This document shows, piece after piece, positions 12,753 to 22,796 of a stretch of DNA of 32,310 nucleotides. The translations under genes and the position numbers were made by a program. This DNA is from Psammoneis japonica (Eukaryota): the NCBI GenBank assembly GCA_008632985.1, contig QPGO01000401.1, forward strand, positions 1 to 32,310, written 5' to 3'. The number at the start of each line of letters is the position of its first letter. Within the stretch, counting starts at the first letter, position 1. The notes beneath the pieces are model-generated. The model was not told the DNA's origin. It saw nothing but the letters and a program-made list of their open reading frames with translations, and did no database searches.

Positions 12753-15700
12753 AGTTTGCTTGAGGAGCCACAGAAACAGATTCGACTTCGGATGGGATGA
12801 AGTTCCAGAACATGAGGGGCGGAGAAGGTCCCAGATTTGGGAGCAACCCCAATGCTTGCTGAGAATGTCAGCAGGATTGCGGGAGCCCTCGATGAAGTGG
12901 AACTCAAGGTAACCAGAGGCAATTGCCTCACGCACACGGTGGAACGACAGTGCGGTGTGTCGCTTGTGTAACTTGGAGTGCGGGATGGTGGCACTGTCTA
13001 CAACCGACTTGTTGTCACCGAACATGTAACTGACATTACGGATCGGGACGCCAAGGCAGCGCAGGGTGATGCGCAGGTCGATAATCTGCTCGACACAATT
13101 CCTTGCGGCAACAAATTCAGATCCGTAGGTTGCAGTCTCCACGGTGGCTTGTTTCTTGGAGAACCAATCAGCCGGGAATTTGTTGAGGAAGTGGAGCATT
13201 CCCATGACAGAGCGTCCGGTGAGCATGCAATGGTGCAAGTTTGCATCGACGTAGTGGGTGGCAGTGACGAACTTGCCAAGGGGCGGTGGAGCGTCCTTCG
13301 GGATCATCTCTTCTGCTTCACCAAACACGGAATGCATCCATTCATAGGCCGGAGCAGGGAGATCCGAACAGTCGGGCTCTTCCGTACGAACGCGGAGAGC
13401 ACCGTGTCGCATCTTGGAGAGGCACCCACAGACGCGTTTGGCACGATCCAAGTGGCCTTGACGGGGCGCAGCTCGGAAGCTAGAGAGTGACATGACAGCC
13501 GTGGCAATGTCAATTCGACCAAGGGACACTGCCCATTGGAGTGAACCAACAAGAGACTGGAACTTGTGAATGCCATCGGGTCCCAGTAGTTCGGAAGTGT
13601 CCAGTTTGGGGTGGTCACCCTTCTCTAGAGGTGACAGGGCGTTGGTGGCAGGTTTCTCCCCAAACAATCGGGCGTAGCTGTCGACCATGCGCTCGATGTA
13701 CTTGCGCGGAGACAGGCACAAGGTTCCGTCGGGGTCCCGGGAAAAGTCGCAACCCAGATGGAACTCAATGGGTCCCGTACCCTTGAGCTTGAACTTGTGC
13801 TTTTCCGTGAGAGTTCGAGAAAGATTGAGGGTCCTTCATGGCAATGGCGAGGTCATCCACATAAACGCCAATGTATTCATAGTGGTCGCCGTTCCTGCGC
13901 ATCCAAATGTCGGGTTCGGCGCGGCAGGGGAAGAAGCCTTCAGCTCGCAGGCAGTCGGCGAAGCGCTCGTGCCAGCGGAGACCGGAGCTGCGAAGTCCAT
14001 ACAGTGCCTTGTGGATGACAAGGATGTGTCCTCGAGTTTGCCAAATTCGGGTCCAGCTACAATGTAAAGCTTCTCCTTGGTGGTGGCTTCAAGGTAGGCA
14101 TTGCCAATGTCGGTGGCCCATGTCTCCAGCTCGTTGAGTTCGGCCAGGAAAATCATCAGCCGAAGGCCACGGAGGGAGACTACTCCGGAGTAAACACTGT
14201 CGATGGGTACATCCGTGAGGTGCCCGTCGGCTACGAGTCGTGCCTTGTGGCGACCGTCGTGTTTCACGTCGACACCAGGTGCACTCGGATCTTCTTGTGT
14301 CCCGCAGGAGGAGTGGAAGACTTGAAGGGCCCGCAGTCATGGAAGACTTCGTATTCGTCGAGTTGGTCCATCTCGAGATTAGTTGCGTCTCCCCACTTGC
14401 GGTTGCCGTTGCGTTCGTCTAGTGACATGGCGTGTTTGTAGTTCCGGGGAACTTCGCACCCGTACTTGTAGCGAGGTGCAGTGCGGAAGGAGCGAAGCTT
14501 GGCTTGGTTGGCCATGCGAAATAGCTTCTTTTGGCGCCTCGCGATAGTGCGGAACCGCTTCCAGCCATCCGTGTCGAGGAGTCCGTTCTCTCGTGCATAG
14601 ATGGCACAGGTGACGGGGTCGTCCTTGGCGATGATGGCAAGAGGCTCGGACGTGATCTCCCCACTTTCCCATTCAAGCATGATGTTGTAGCTTGAGCCTT
14701 TCCAGGTTGGGTCGTGAGGCTTCAGAGGTCCTTCGTGTGATACGATGCGTCGAAATTTCCAAATGGTGGTGTCTTCGTCTTCTTGCTCAATGTGATTCAT
14801 GATGTCATTGTAAGCAAGGACTTCCTCGTATTCGTCATTGTTGACAGAGCAGACGAACTTAGTGAGCTCGGGATTGCCGTTCACTTTCCATTCGTGGTCT
14901 TCGACGGCCTTGACGATGCGAGCTCTGTGGCGTTGTCCATCCTCTTGTGGCTGCATGAGGAAGGTACGTCCAATGATGTCTTGCGGATCGAAAACTGGCA
15001 TCTTGGGTGTCCTGATCTCCCCATCAGGAGAATCGACGGGGTTGTCGTCATGGCGAGATTTGATGATGGGTTCAGGTGGCTCCCCATCAGGAGGATCAAG
15101 ACGCAGGTTTCGAACGGCAGGATCGGGGGTAGCGGAGCGAACGTTGGACCGGTGGAGGATCTTTTGAGTCTCGTCAGATAGGATCTTGAAGGTCATCTGG
15201 TGGCCGACGTGCTCAGCAATGCCAACAAAGCGTCCACGCAACTCACGGGATTCGGACGGCCAATCGGAGTCATCGAGGTGGAAGTACACTGGTTCCCACC
15301 AGTGAAAGCGAAGCAAGTGGGCTGATGTCCGGGGTGGATCCAGTGAGAGTCTCGAGGGGCGTGCGCCAGTGGAGATGTGGGGACGCTGTGTGGTTGAGTG
15401 TGAAGCACACGTGCATGAGCGCCAGGAGCCATGTGTGGGCGGGCGAACCAAAACGGTCCATGACAGTGTTCGCCATGCGCTTCACGGTCTGGTGTCGACG
15501 TTCGGCAAAGTTTTGGTGTTGCTGGTGAGGCTCACTTTGCCAGCTGGAGATGAAGAGGGCGCGCAGGATCCCGAGCACTTTGTTGCTGATCTCAACTTGA
15601 GCACGGTCGCTAATGAGTTTGGATGGTGCACCACGTTCACGGATCTGATCCTCGAGTGTGTTGACAAACTCTTTGTCCGTCTCAGTGCCGTAGACGTCAG

Positions 15701-18358
15701 TGACGGTAGACTCGGTGCCAACAAACAGTTGGGCGCTGGTGCAACCAGAGTCGACGGCCGGGGTGTCGGCACAAACGGTGTCAGTGGCGACAGGCTCGTT
15801 GCGGCGGTGCACATTAAGGGCGGGGTTGGGTGATTTGCAGGCCTTGCGAAGGTGTGTACCGGCGGGCATGCGGGCGCACTGCGTGGTGCAGTCAAAAGTA
15901 CGACGGACCGCATCGGCAGGTAGGAAGCCAAAGCAAGGCCGAAGAGACTCGAAGGGGGGGTCCTTGGGCTGTACAGTGCGCTCCGGAGGTGGAACGTCAT
16001 CGCCCTTGGGGTCAATCGCATGCAGATGACACTCGTAGAACACGTCGTCGTTCGGAATGAGGTGATCATCGAGGGCGGACGCGTGATCGGCAGACAAGGA
16101 AGCGGACAAGATGGTCTCGTTGACAACGACACGGTGACGGCAGTTGCCGCATTCGTCAAATGGGTTGGCAGTGGGATCGTCCTGCAGGTCAGAGATCGCG
16201 TCGCACCACTGGTCGTCGTCAGTGACAGAGTGATCGAGGACGGAAGGGTCCCATGTGTCATCACCGGTGAGGATGACATGGGGCAGGGTGTCCCATTCGG
16301 CGTCAGTGTAAGGGCGCATGGCAACATAAGGCAGGCCAGCCTTGATGTCAATGGGGATGACACAGCCATCAGGAGTGGCAATACGTTGCAAGCCATTGGG
16401 CACCTTGACAGAGCGATCGTTGACATCCTGTTTGTGCCATTCGAGCTGGCCGCAGGAATGGATGGTCTTGCCCTTTCCCATGCATGCGCACTGATGGAGG
16501 ATGGCGATGACGGGACCACGCTGGGTCTCAATGACGGCACCAGCGGTGACAATGGGGATGTCCACCAATTGATGATCGTCAATGCCCTGAACGTCGACTT
16601 GGCGAGAGGTGCGTGCGATGACGCGAACGTCGTCGCCAGCAATGCCGCCGTTGGCCCCACGATCGACCAGAGCGCCAGTGCGTGTGGAGTGATGAGCAGA
16701 GGCAGAGTAAATGACATTGTGGTTGTTAACACGGCGGCAAGTGCGGCCGTTAAGTTCCATGTTATCTGCAGAAGCTGGCGGGGTAGAGGAAGCGGCGGAT
16801 GGCCCCGGTCGACTGGCATTGGGGGCTTGGTTAGGAGACAACAGACGTTGCAGATCACCGGGTGGCAGTGGCTTGCGCTTGGTGAGGTGCGCCAGGATGG
16901 GATTATCCGAAGTGGCGTCCACATGTGCAGCGGAGTCACCATGGTCAGCAGGAGTCGTGTTGGACAAGTTGACATCACCGTCACTCCCAAGGTGTTGGTC
17001 GTGAAGGTTGGCCGTAACAGACTCATGGCAGTTGCTGGCTCGCGGGTTGCGGGGAGGCGGACGAGAGTGCTCAAGGATGATCGCCTTGGAGGAATCGGGC
17101 AACGAATCCCAGAGCCGTTGGTGGTCGGGAGGGAGACGTCTCCATTGGACACCGGTGAGGCTGGGACCACGGGTGTGGGCAGCATTGGCTTGAAGGACGT
17201 CAACGTCACTGTCAATGTCGCAGAACACATCGTCGGACGGTTCCTCGGAGTAGACGTCGTGGGCGCACGTGGCACGTCGGGGAGCTCGAGGTGTCGTCTT
17301 GGGTTGAAACGTGCTGTCGCACTGAGCTGCCGCGGAGAGGAGCAAGCCACAGCATTGATCGCATGTGAGGCTCTTGCCACTCTGCGTACGATGCTGATCA
17401 GCTTGGTTCTTGACAGCACGGAGTTCCTCGACAGGGTGCACGGCATTCTCGAGCATGACGCGCTTCTGTCCTTCAGAGAAGTGGTCGCTGGCGGGGATGA
17501 GTGCCTCGCACTTGCGCAACTGATCTTGCCAATGAAGGATGAACCCGTGGGTCGGACCTTTCCAAGTGCCATCACCAAGACGTGCGGTGGTGAGGTGCGT
17601 GAGCAGGGTGGAGGACTCGATGGATGCACGGGTGGAGGCAAGCGCGCATTCAGACAAGGAGCGGCAGACGGTCTGTGCGTCAGAGACCCCACATTTTCGC
17701 GAATGAGAGCCTTGCCCTTGTCGGTGAGAAGGATGCGTTCGAAGACGGCGAACATGTGCTTTTGCTGTTCAGCAAAGAGCAGTTTGTCTTCGGGGCTGGT
17801 CGGTTTGTACGACGAGTCTAGAATGCACTCGACGTCTTGGGCACGGGCTTGTGCCACAAGTGAGGTGTGCCAAGTGTGCCACTGCTTGTCGGATTTGAGA
17901 GCCGTGAAAGCGGTGGGATCACGCTTGATGCCTCGCTTGAAGTCTCGCACCGGGTCGCGTGCCTTGGTCGGGTTGGTGACATGTGGAGGTGCAAGGGGTG
18001 AGCTGCCGATGGACACAGAGGACATGCAGTCCGGGCTGAGGCGGCAGGCAAGGAACTCGTCATGCGTGAACAAAGAGGAGTCGTTGGCAACGTCAAGACC
18101 TTTGTGTGCTTTGACAATGTACAGACTAGCCAGTGCTGCTAACATGTTCTTATAACCACGAGGCAAAGGGATTACATCAGTGCCGTTGTCGTACACAAGC
18201 GAGTCGATTTGGGACGGTATGAACGTGAATGGTTCCTGATGCGAGTCCGTGCCGTCTTGGGCCAAAGCCAAACGAAGAGGACTCCCAGCACCTTGGGCAA
18301 GCACGGTTCCAACAACGTGCTCGAAACCATCGATTTGTTGCTGACGAGTGAGAACCAT
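12747..18358 (-). pseudogene. Gag-Pol polyprotein of the copia element (frameshifted; many Tyr->Cys/His)
   Basis: Gag DFKRGIKRD...QARAQDV; protease LVDRGANGG (~16650); integrase VATDT..D / LISDRAQVE / QNFAERR (~15490-15800); RT KARLVADGH, TDIGNAYLEA, GVYVDDL (~13850); RNase H YVDAN, TYGSEFVAA, GDNKSV, NPADILSKHWG. Single-base frameshifts near 17680, 15310, 14270, 14030, 13820 and 12820. Confidence 0.93.
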
Positions 18359-19279
18359 GGCAGACAAAAGTGGTGTCAGGACAATCAATTCTGATTGGGA
18401 AGCGAAGGTGGACTTGAAACTCGGGTGAGAATGGACTTGACTTGAAATGGACTTGACTTGAAATCTTGAACCATCTTAAAATCAGAAGTCGCCGGGCTTT
18501 GCTATCCCGTTCGTTGTCAAGTGCTAAACTTCCTATCCGGTCCGTAGAGTTGTGCCGGCACGTCCGAACCCGCAGCTGGTGGCGCTTTGGGTTGCTTGCG
18601 AGCGGAGTGGCGGGTTGTAAACCCCTGCAGGTAAGCTGACTAGAGGTGGACAAGACCCCCGAACCGTTCTCATTTTATGTCGGTTGGATTTCCCGATCAG
18701 GCTGGCCAGTTGACGCAGGCGTTAGGCGCTGTGGACGAACGAACAAACGCGGGAAAAACACCCTCGCCCCAACGCAGGCTGCAATCACGGCTACTTGCTC
18801 TCACAGTCGTCCTCGTGGACCTAGTGGAACTGTAGAGCACCAGCAGTCCGGGGTAGATCAGGTACAATGGACTCGGTGTGCTTGTAGAGTGGCAGCAAAA
18901 CCGTAATCCGAAGAGTGGGTGCAAGTTCTTGGCCGTGAAGACATGTGTGTGCATGTGTCTTCAGCGACGAAGGTCCTTGAATATGTAGGGTTCTTGACCG
19001 TTAACCGATGAATGGGGTGTGTCAAGGGATGAGGATCAAGGATAGACTTGGACATGACCGTTGAATGTATGTCTTCAGCGATCGAAGGTAGCACAATCAA
19101 TCCAGATGTTCAGCGGTAAGGAGACTTGACGGTGACGTTAAATTCCTGCCGATGCCTGGCATTGAACGCGCGTAGACTTGCCGATGTATGTAGAACATAT
19201 ACGGAGGTCCACGCAGAATTGAAATAGCGTCGTCGGTAAATCAACGACGACGATGGCGGTTGCTCAATGGGTTGACAAT

Positions 19280-19296
19280 GAGCAAGACTGTTAATC
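19280..19296 (-). other. Primer-binding site, probably complementary to the anticodon arm of tRNA-Asn
   Basis: The minus strand after the 5' LTR reads GATTAACAGTCTTGCTC. Its complement GA-CTGTTAA-TC is a GTT anticodon loop. There is no TGG (CCA complement). Confidence 0.55.
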
Positions 19297-19572
19297 TGAC
19301 AGAAATTGAAGGCAAATGGCAAGAATTCAAACAACAACTCCTTACTGCTGTCTAAATAGCAGATGAGTCTCCGCTCAGAGACCGTTGCAGGAGCCGAAAG
19401 ACGTGTAAGTCGGTGTGATCGGGCTACTGTTATCATTCTTGTGAGCCTTGTGGCTCGAAAGCAAACTACATCGCGCGCGAACGCGCGGAACTAAAGCACA
19501 CAAAACTGTGTGCGGTAAACTAAACAGCGCGCGACACTTCGCGCGCATCCAAATCCTGTTCAAATCCTGTCA
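19297..19572 (-). repeat. 5' LTR
   Basis: Direct repeat of 12471-12746, followed by the TSD GACTT. Confidence 0.97.
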
Positions 19573-19937
19573 GACTTCTCTTCCACAAGAGACAGCAGCA
19601 CATTAAAAGCGTCAATGCTGCATCCTTGGGGCAGCATGATGTGGCTGCGGTCAGCGCAGTTGTCTCTGTCTCCAATGTTGGTTGAGATCTTGCGGTCGAG
19701 AAAAGGAATCCTCTGGCACACTTCATGGCTCACTGCAAATTTCCGTCTTTCACCACTTGAATCTTCGACCTTGAAGGCATGGAAGGTGTCGTCTCCACGA
19801 AATCGCTTCTGAGGCGACTGAGCCACACCTTCGCTGCCATCCATAGACCGTTTCTGAGGTGCTGGTGGTTCTCCCCGCTTTGGAGGTGCTGTGCCTTGGG
19901 ACTGGCGACCCTGACTGCTCATTCTGGATTCTTTCAA
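19573..19937 (-). pseudogene. BTB/POZ-like gene, 5' part
   Basis: MKESRM...KFAVSHEVCQRIPFLDRKISTNIGDR...IMLPQGCSIDAFNVLLSLV, a BTB/SKP1-like pattern. It joins 12465 in frame. Confidence 0.7.
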
Positions 19938-20039
19938 GGCGCGGCTAAAAGACGAAGGTTAAGCGTCTTTGCGACAATGCAGTGAACCTCTTGTTTGTGC
20001 CTTTCTTCACACAATCTTACAACTTACAACGCCAACATT

Positions 20040-20522
20040 TAAGCACCGGCTAAATGCGCTCGTCGAAACCCGGTTTTGTGCTCATTCATGCGCTGAAACT
20101 GGCTACGTGCATTCTGTGTAGAAACAGCACTGATGGGTGACGTCACAGCCTCCCTCCAACCCTGCGCGCACTGTCTGCGCGCTGCCGCGAGCTTCACAAT
20201 CGTGACTGAGATCCCACGCGACATTCTTGAGATCTGCATGTTTGAACGACTGAACAGCAAGCACTGTCACTTGCTTGAGCAGGTGATAGCTGTAAATGCA
20301 TGCAACAGTGAGTTTTATGATATGACTGTCACTTCTTGTCTCTAGAGAGGGCTAATTACTTCTGTTGCAGTTGCAAGCTCATCACGAGTACGTTGCAACG
20401 TTTAGGTGTGACGCCACGTAGAATCCTGGTATGTTTCTACGCAGTAGCGCATTTTTGCGCATTTGGCGCAAAATGAGACCCAAAAACTCAAAAATGCGCA
20501 CTGCGCATTTAGCCGGTCCTTA
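20040..20522. mobile_element. Non-autonomous hAT-type element (MITE-like, 483 bp)
   Basis: 20-bp TIRs taagcaccggctaaatgcgc / gcgcatttagccggtcctta (19/20 match), 8-bp TSD CCAACATT (20032-20039 and 20523-20530), subterminal gcgcattt/aaatgcgc motifs, no transposase. Confidence 0.88.
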
Positions 20523-20888
20523 CCAACATTCCTTGCGCTTCGACAGAGTGCTGAAGTTGAAATTGCCCCCTGCGCGGCGCGACTTGGCTTCAATTTCTCT
20601 CACGCGCGCACAGGCGCGAGCATGCGTTGAATTTTTAATTCTAATTAATCCAGTACTGAAGAAGTAGAAAAGGAGACTTATGTTTATGGATGATTACGGT
20701 ATCTATCAATATCGTGCAATTAATTTTTATTGCCTGACTATTGCCCTCGCAAAATCGCTCCCACAATCTCCATCAGTACAAAGAATCTCTGAAATCATCA
20801 CCATGCATCAGATGCGACATCACACATCACGCTTCAATCACTTTGAACTTCTCTCATAAACTCCAAAGGAACGAAAGGCAACAACACG

Positions 20889-22796
20889 ATGGCGTTGCAA
20901 GCTCGACATTGTAGCAGGGATTTCGCTAGTGCATCGGATTATTTAGACGATGATTGGGTTAATCTGAATAACACACGCTTTCTTGGTGGAGAAACTAGAA
21001 GTACGAGAAGTCGCCAAGCTCGAGATGATTCCGCTGACGACATTCTGTTTGGAACCACAAGCGCATCAATGAGCACCGTTGAGAGCATAGAAGACACGAC
21101 ATCGCCAGCGATTGTATCAGATGATGAAGATAGTGGGTGGGTGGACGAGCTTTATCAGAGAAACGGCTCCACCCGACGTCCTACACGGCACCGTGCTTCT
21201 TCAGAGACCAATTCAACCGGCGCCAGAAGCGTCTCTCCCATAGCAGAGCATCAAGAGCAAGAGGGAATCGTGCTTGGAACGAGCGTCACTATCTTTGGAA
21301 GCAGCAAGCACTCTGGAAAGATTGGCACCTTTGTCAAATTTACAGAGAAGAGAGTTTGTGTGCAACTCGATGTCGGATCGCGGTACTTTGCGTTCAAGAA
21401 TGTACGAACCGCAGACGGTCAAGCTGTTGTGCCACCTCAAGACCGCATGGCACGTATGACAACAGTGGTTGGTCATGAGAACAACTCGGTTGCTACGAAT
21501 GATTCAAGACCTCCCGTCCAAGCCAGGGTCAGGATTGTTGGTGCCACCCATCGAAACAAGACCGGTATTGTAATTAAGAACACCGAACATCGGGTCTGCG
21601 TTCAATTGGAACCAGAAATGATTCAACGATACTTTGCTCCGAAAAATGTGCAAGTACTTGCCACTCCAAGCAATGAAGAATCTACTCGTGAACATACTGG
21701 AAATACGAGCACAATTCGAGCTGCTGTGCCACCTCATGACCGCATCGCGCGTACTACAACTGCTGCTGCTCAAGACGAGAGTAACTCGGCTGCTACGAAT
21801 GATTCACGACCTCCTGTCCAAGCTAGGGTCAGGATTGTTGGTGTCACCCATCGAAACAAGACCGGTGTTGTAATTAAGAACACCGAACACCGGGTCTGTG
21901 TTCAATTGGAACCAGAAATGATTCAGCGATACTTTGCTCCGAAAAATGTACAAATACTGGCCCCTCCAAGTAGTGAAGAATCTACTCGTGAAGATACTGG
22001 AAATATGAGCACAAGCAGTCGTCGGTCCTCGTCTCCAAGCACCACCGCTCCTCAGCCTCATGCAAGGCGCTCCACTTTGTCAACGACGTTGGCACCAAGA
22101 ATCACCATCTCCTCCCGCCAACCTCGGAGTGTTTTATCATCAAACCAGAACCATCACTTTCAGCTAGAGCCTACTAGTAGGCGCCCTGTTGTCATCACCA
22201 ACGAGACAAGGACGAGGAATCGTCCGTCCTCGTCGACAAGCAGTGCCACTCCTCCAGTGGCGGTCATAGAAGAAGCACAGACAAGCCGATCAATCCGTCC
22301 ATTGACTGCTTCTGCAACAAGAACCACCCCTCCTTCAATCGACGCGCCGAGGGTTCCCTCGTCAAGCCCAAACAATCGTTTTGATGCGGGACCTCCTGCG
22401 CAACGAAGGCAACAGTCATTTAGAAGAATTCCTGTCACCATGAGCGCCGAGAGAGTTTCGCCACCCACGTTTGCCCAGTCAAACTTGACCCGCGATATTC
22501 TTGCTGCACAAGGTGGCTTTTCTACTTTTCAACAACATGCGTTCATGGCACGCTCTCAAGACCGCGCTCGCATTGTGGCGGATCGCGAGAGACGCATCCA
22601 AGAACTTCCCGTAGCAGTCATTGATGATCCAACGAAGTTGCCACACAATCATCGGTCGTGTGCCGTTTGTCTCTGCACCTATAGCGCTGGAGATGAGCGA
22701 CGAATGTTGCCGTGTTTTCATGGCTTTCATCGTTCCTCTGTCGACCAATGGTTGCGAAGAAGCACGCAATGCCCCACTTGCCGGCAACACATTTAG
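20889..22796 (+). CDS. RING-H2 zinc-finger protein (putative E3 ligase) with KOW/SH3-like repeats
   Basis: 635-aa intronless ORF ending in CAVC...LPCFHGFHRSSVDQWL...CPTCR. Three V.I.G..H..K.G..(I/V)K.TE.RVCVQL units. Dinucleotide content is normal. Confidence 0.85.
   Translation: MALQARHCSRDFASASDYLDDDWVNLNNTRFLGGETRSTRSRQARDDSADDILFGTTSASMSTVESIEDTTSPAIVSDDEDSGWVDELYQRNGSTRRPTRHRASSETNSTGARSVSPIAEHQEQEGIVLGTSVTIFGSSKHSGKIGTFVKFTEKRVCVQLDVGSRYFAFKNVRTADGQAVVPPQDRMARMTTVVGHENNSVATNDSRPPVQARVRIVGATHRNKTGIVIKNTEHRVCVQLEPEMIQRYFAPKNVQVLATPSNEESTREHTGNTSTIRAAVPPHDRIARTTTAAAQDESNSAATNDSRPPVQARVRIVGVTHRNKTGVVIKNTEHRVCVQLEPEMIQRYFAPKNVQILAPPSSEESTREDTGNMSTSSRRSSSPSTTAPQPHARRSTLSTTLAPRITISSRQPRSVLSSNQNHHFQLEPTSRRPVVITNETRTRNRPSSSTSSATPPVAVIEEAQTSRSIRPLTASATRTTPPSIDAPRVPSSSPNNRFDAGPPAQRRQQSFRRIPVTMSAERVSPPTFAQSNLTRDILAAQGGFSTFQQHAFMARSQDRARIVADRERRIQELPVAVIDDPTKLPHNHRSCAVCLCTYSAGDERRMLPCFHGFHRSSVDQWLRRSTQCPTCRQHI
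21423..22015 (+). repeat. In-frame ~300-bp intragenic tandem duplication
   Basis: gattca.gacctcc.gtccaagc at 21501 and 21801; the encoded ~100-aa unit is duplicated. Confidence 0.9.

Larger units (their letters stand above)
12471..19572 (-). mobile_element. Full-length Ty1/copia LTR retrotransposon (CoDi-like)
   Basis: Two 276-bp TG...CA LTRs, 5-bp TSD GACTT (12466-12470 and 19573-19577), and domain order gag-PR-IN-RT-RH. Confidence 0.97.

Noticed and set aside
15270..17657. Alternative genetic code (Cys/His codons read as Tyr)
   Set aside because: Adjacent genes and parts of the same element use TAY normally.
15270..18100. ADAR-type A-to-I editing of retroelement RNA as the source of A->G
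   Set aside because: A->G and T->C both occur on the same strand, the two LTRs differ from each other, and non-retro genes are affected.
16020..18155. 711-aa + strand ORF, and the 968-aa extension of the gag frame to 15482
   Set aside because: These are antisense and off-frame shadows of gag-pol. Loss of TA removes TAA/TAG stops and inflates spurious ORFs.
12747..18358. Programmed frameshifting or true frameshift decay in gag-pol and LPAAT (~24337)
   Set aside because: Several are single-base losses in homopolymer runs, and one hits an otherwise intact gene. Assembly indel error is likely (there is also an 'n' at 30073).
19261..19297. tRNA-Asn gene
   Set aside because: Only an anticodon-arm-like piece, with no T-arm or acceptor stem; treated as the PBS.
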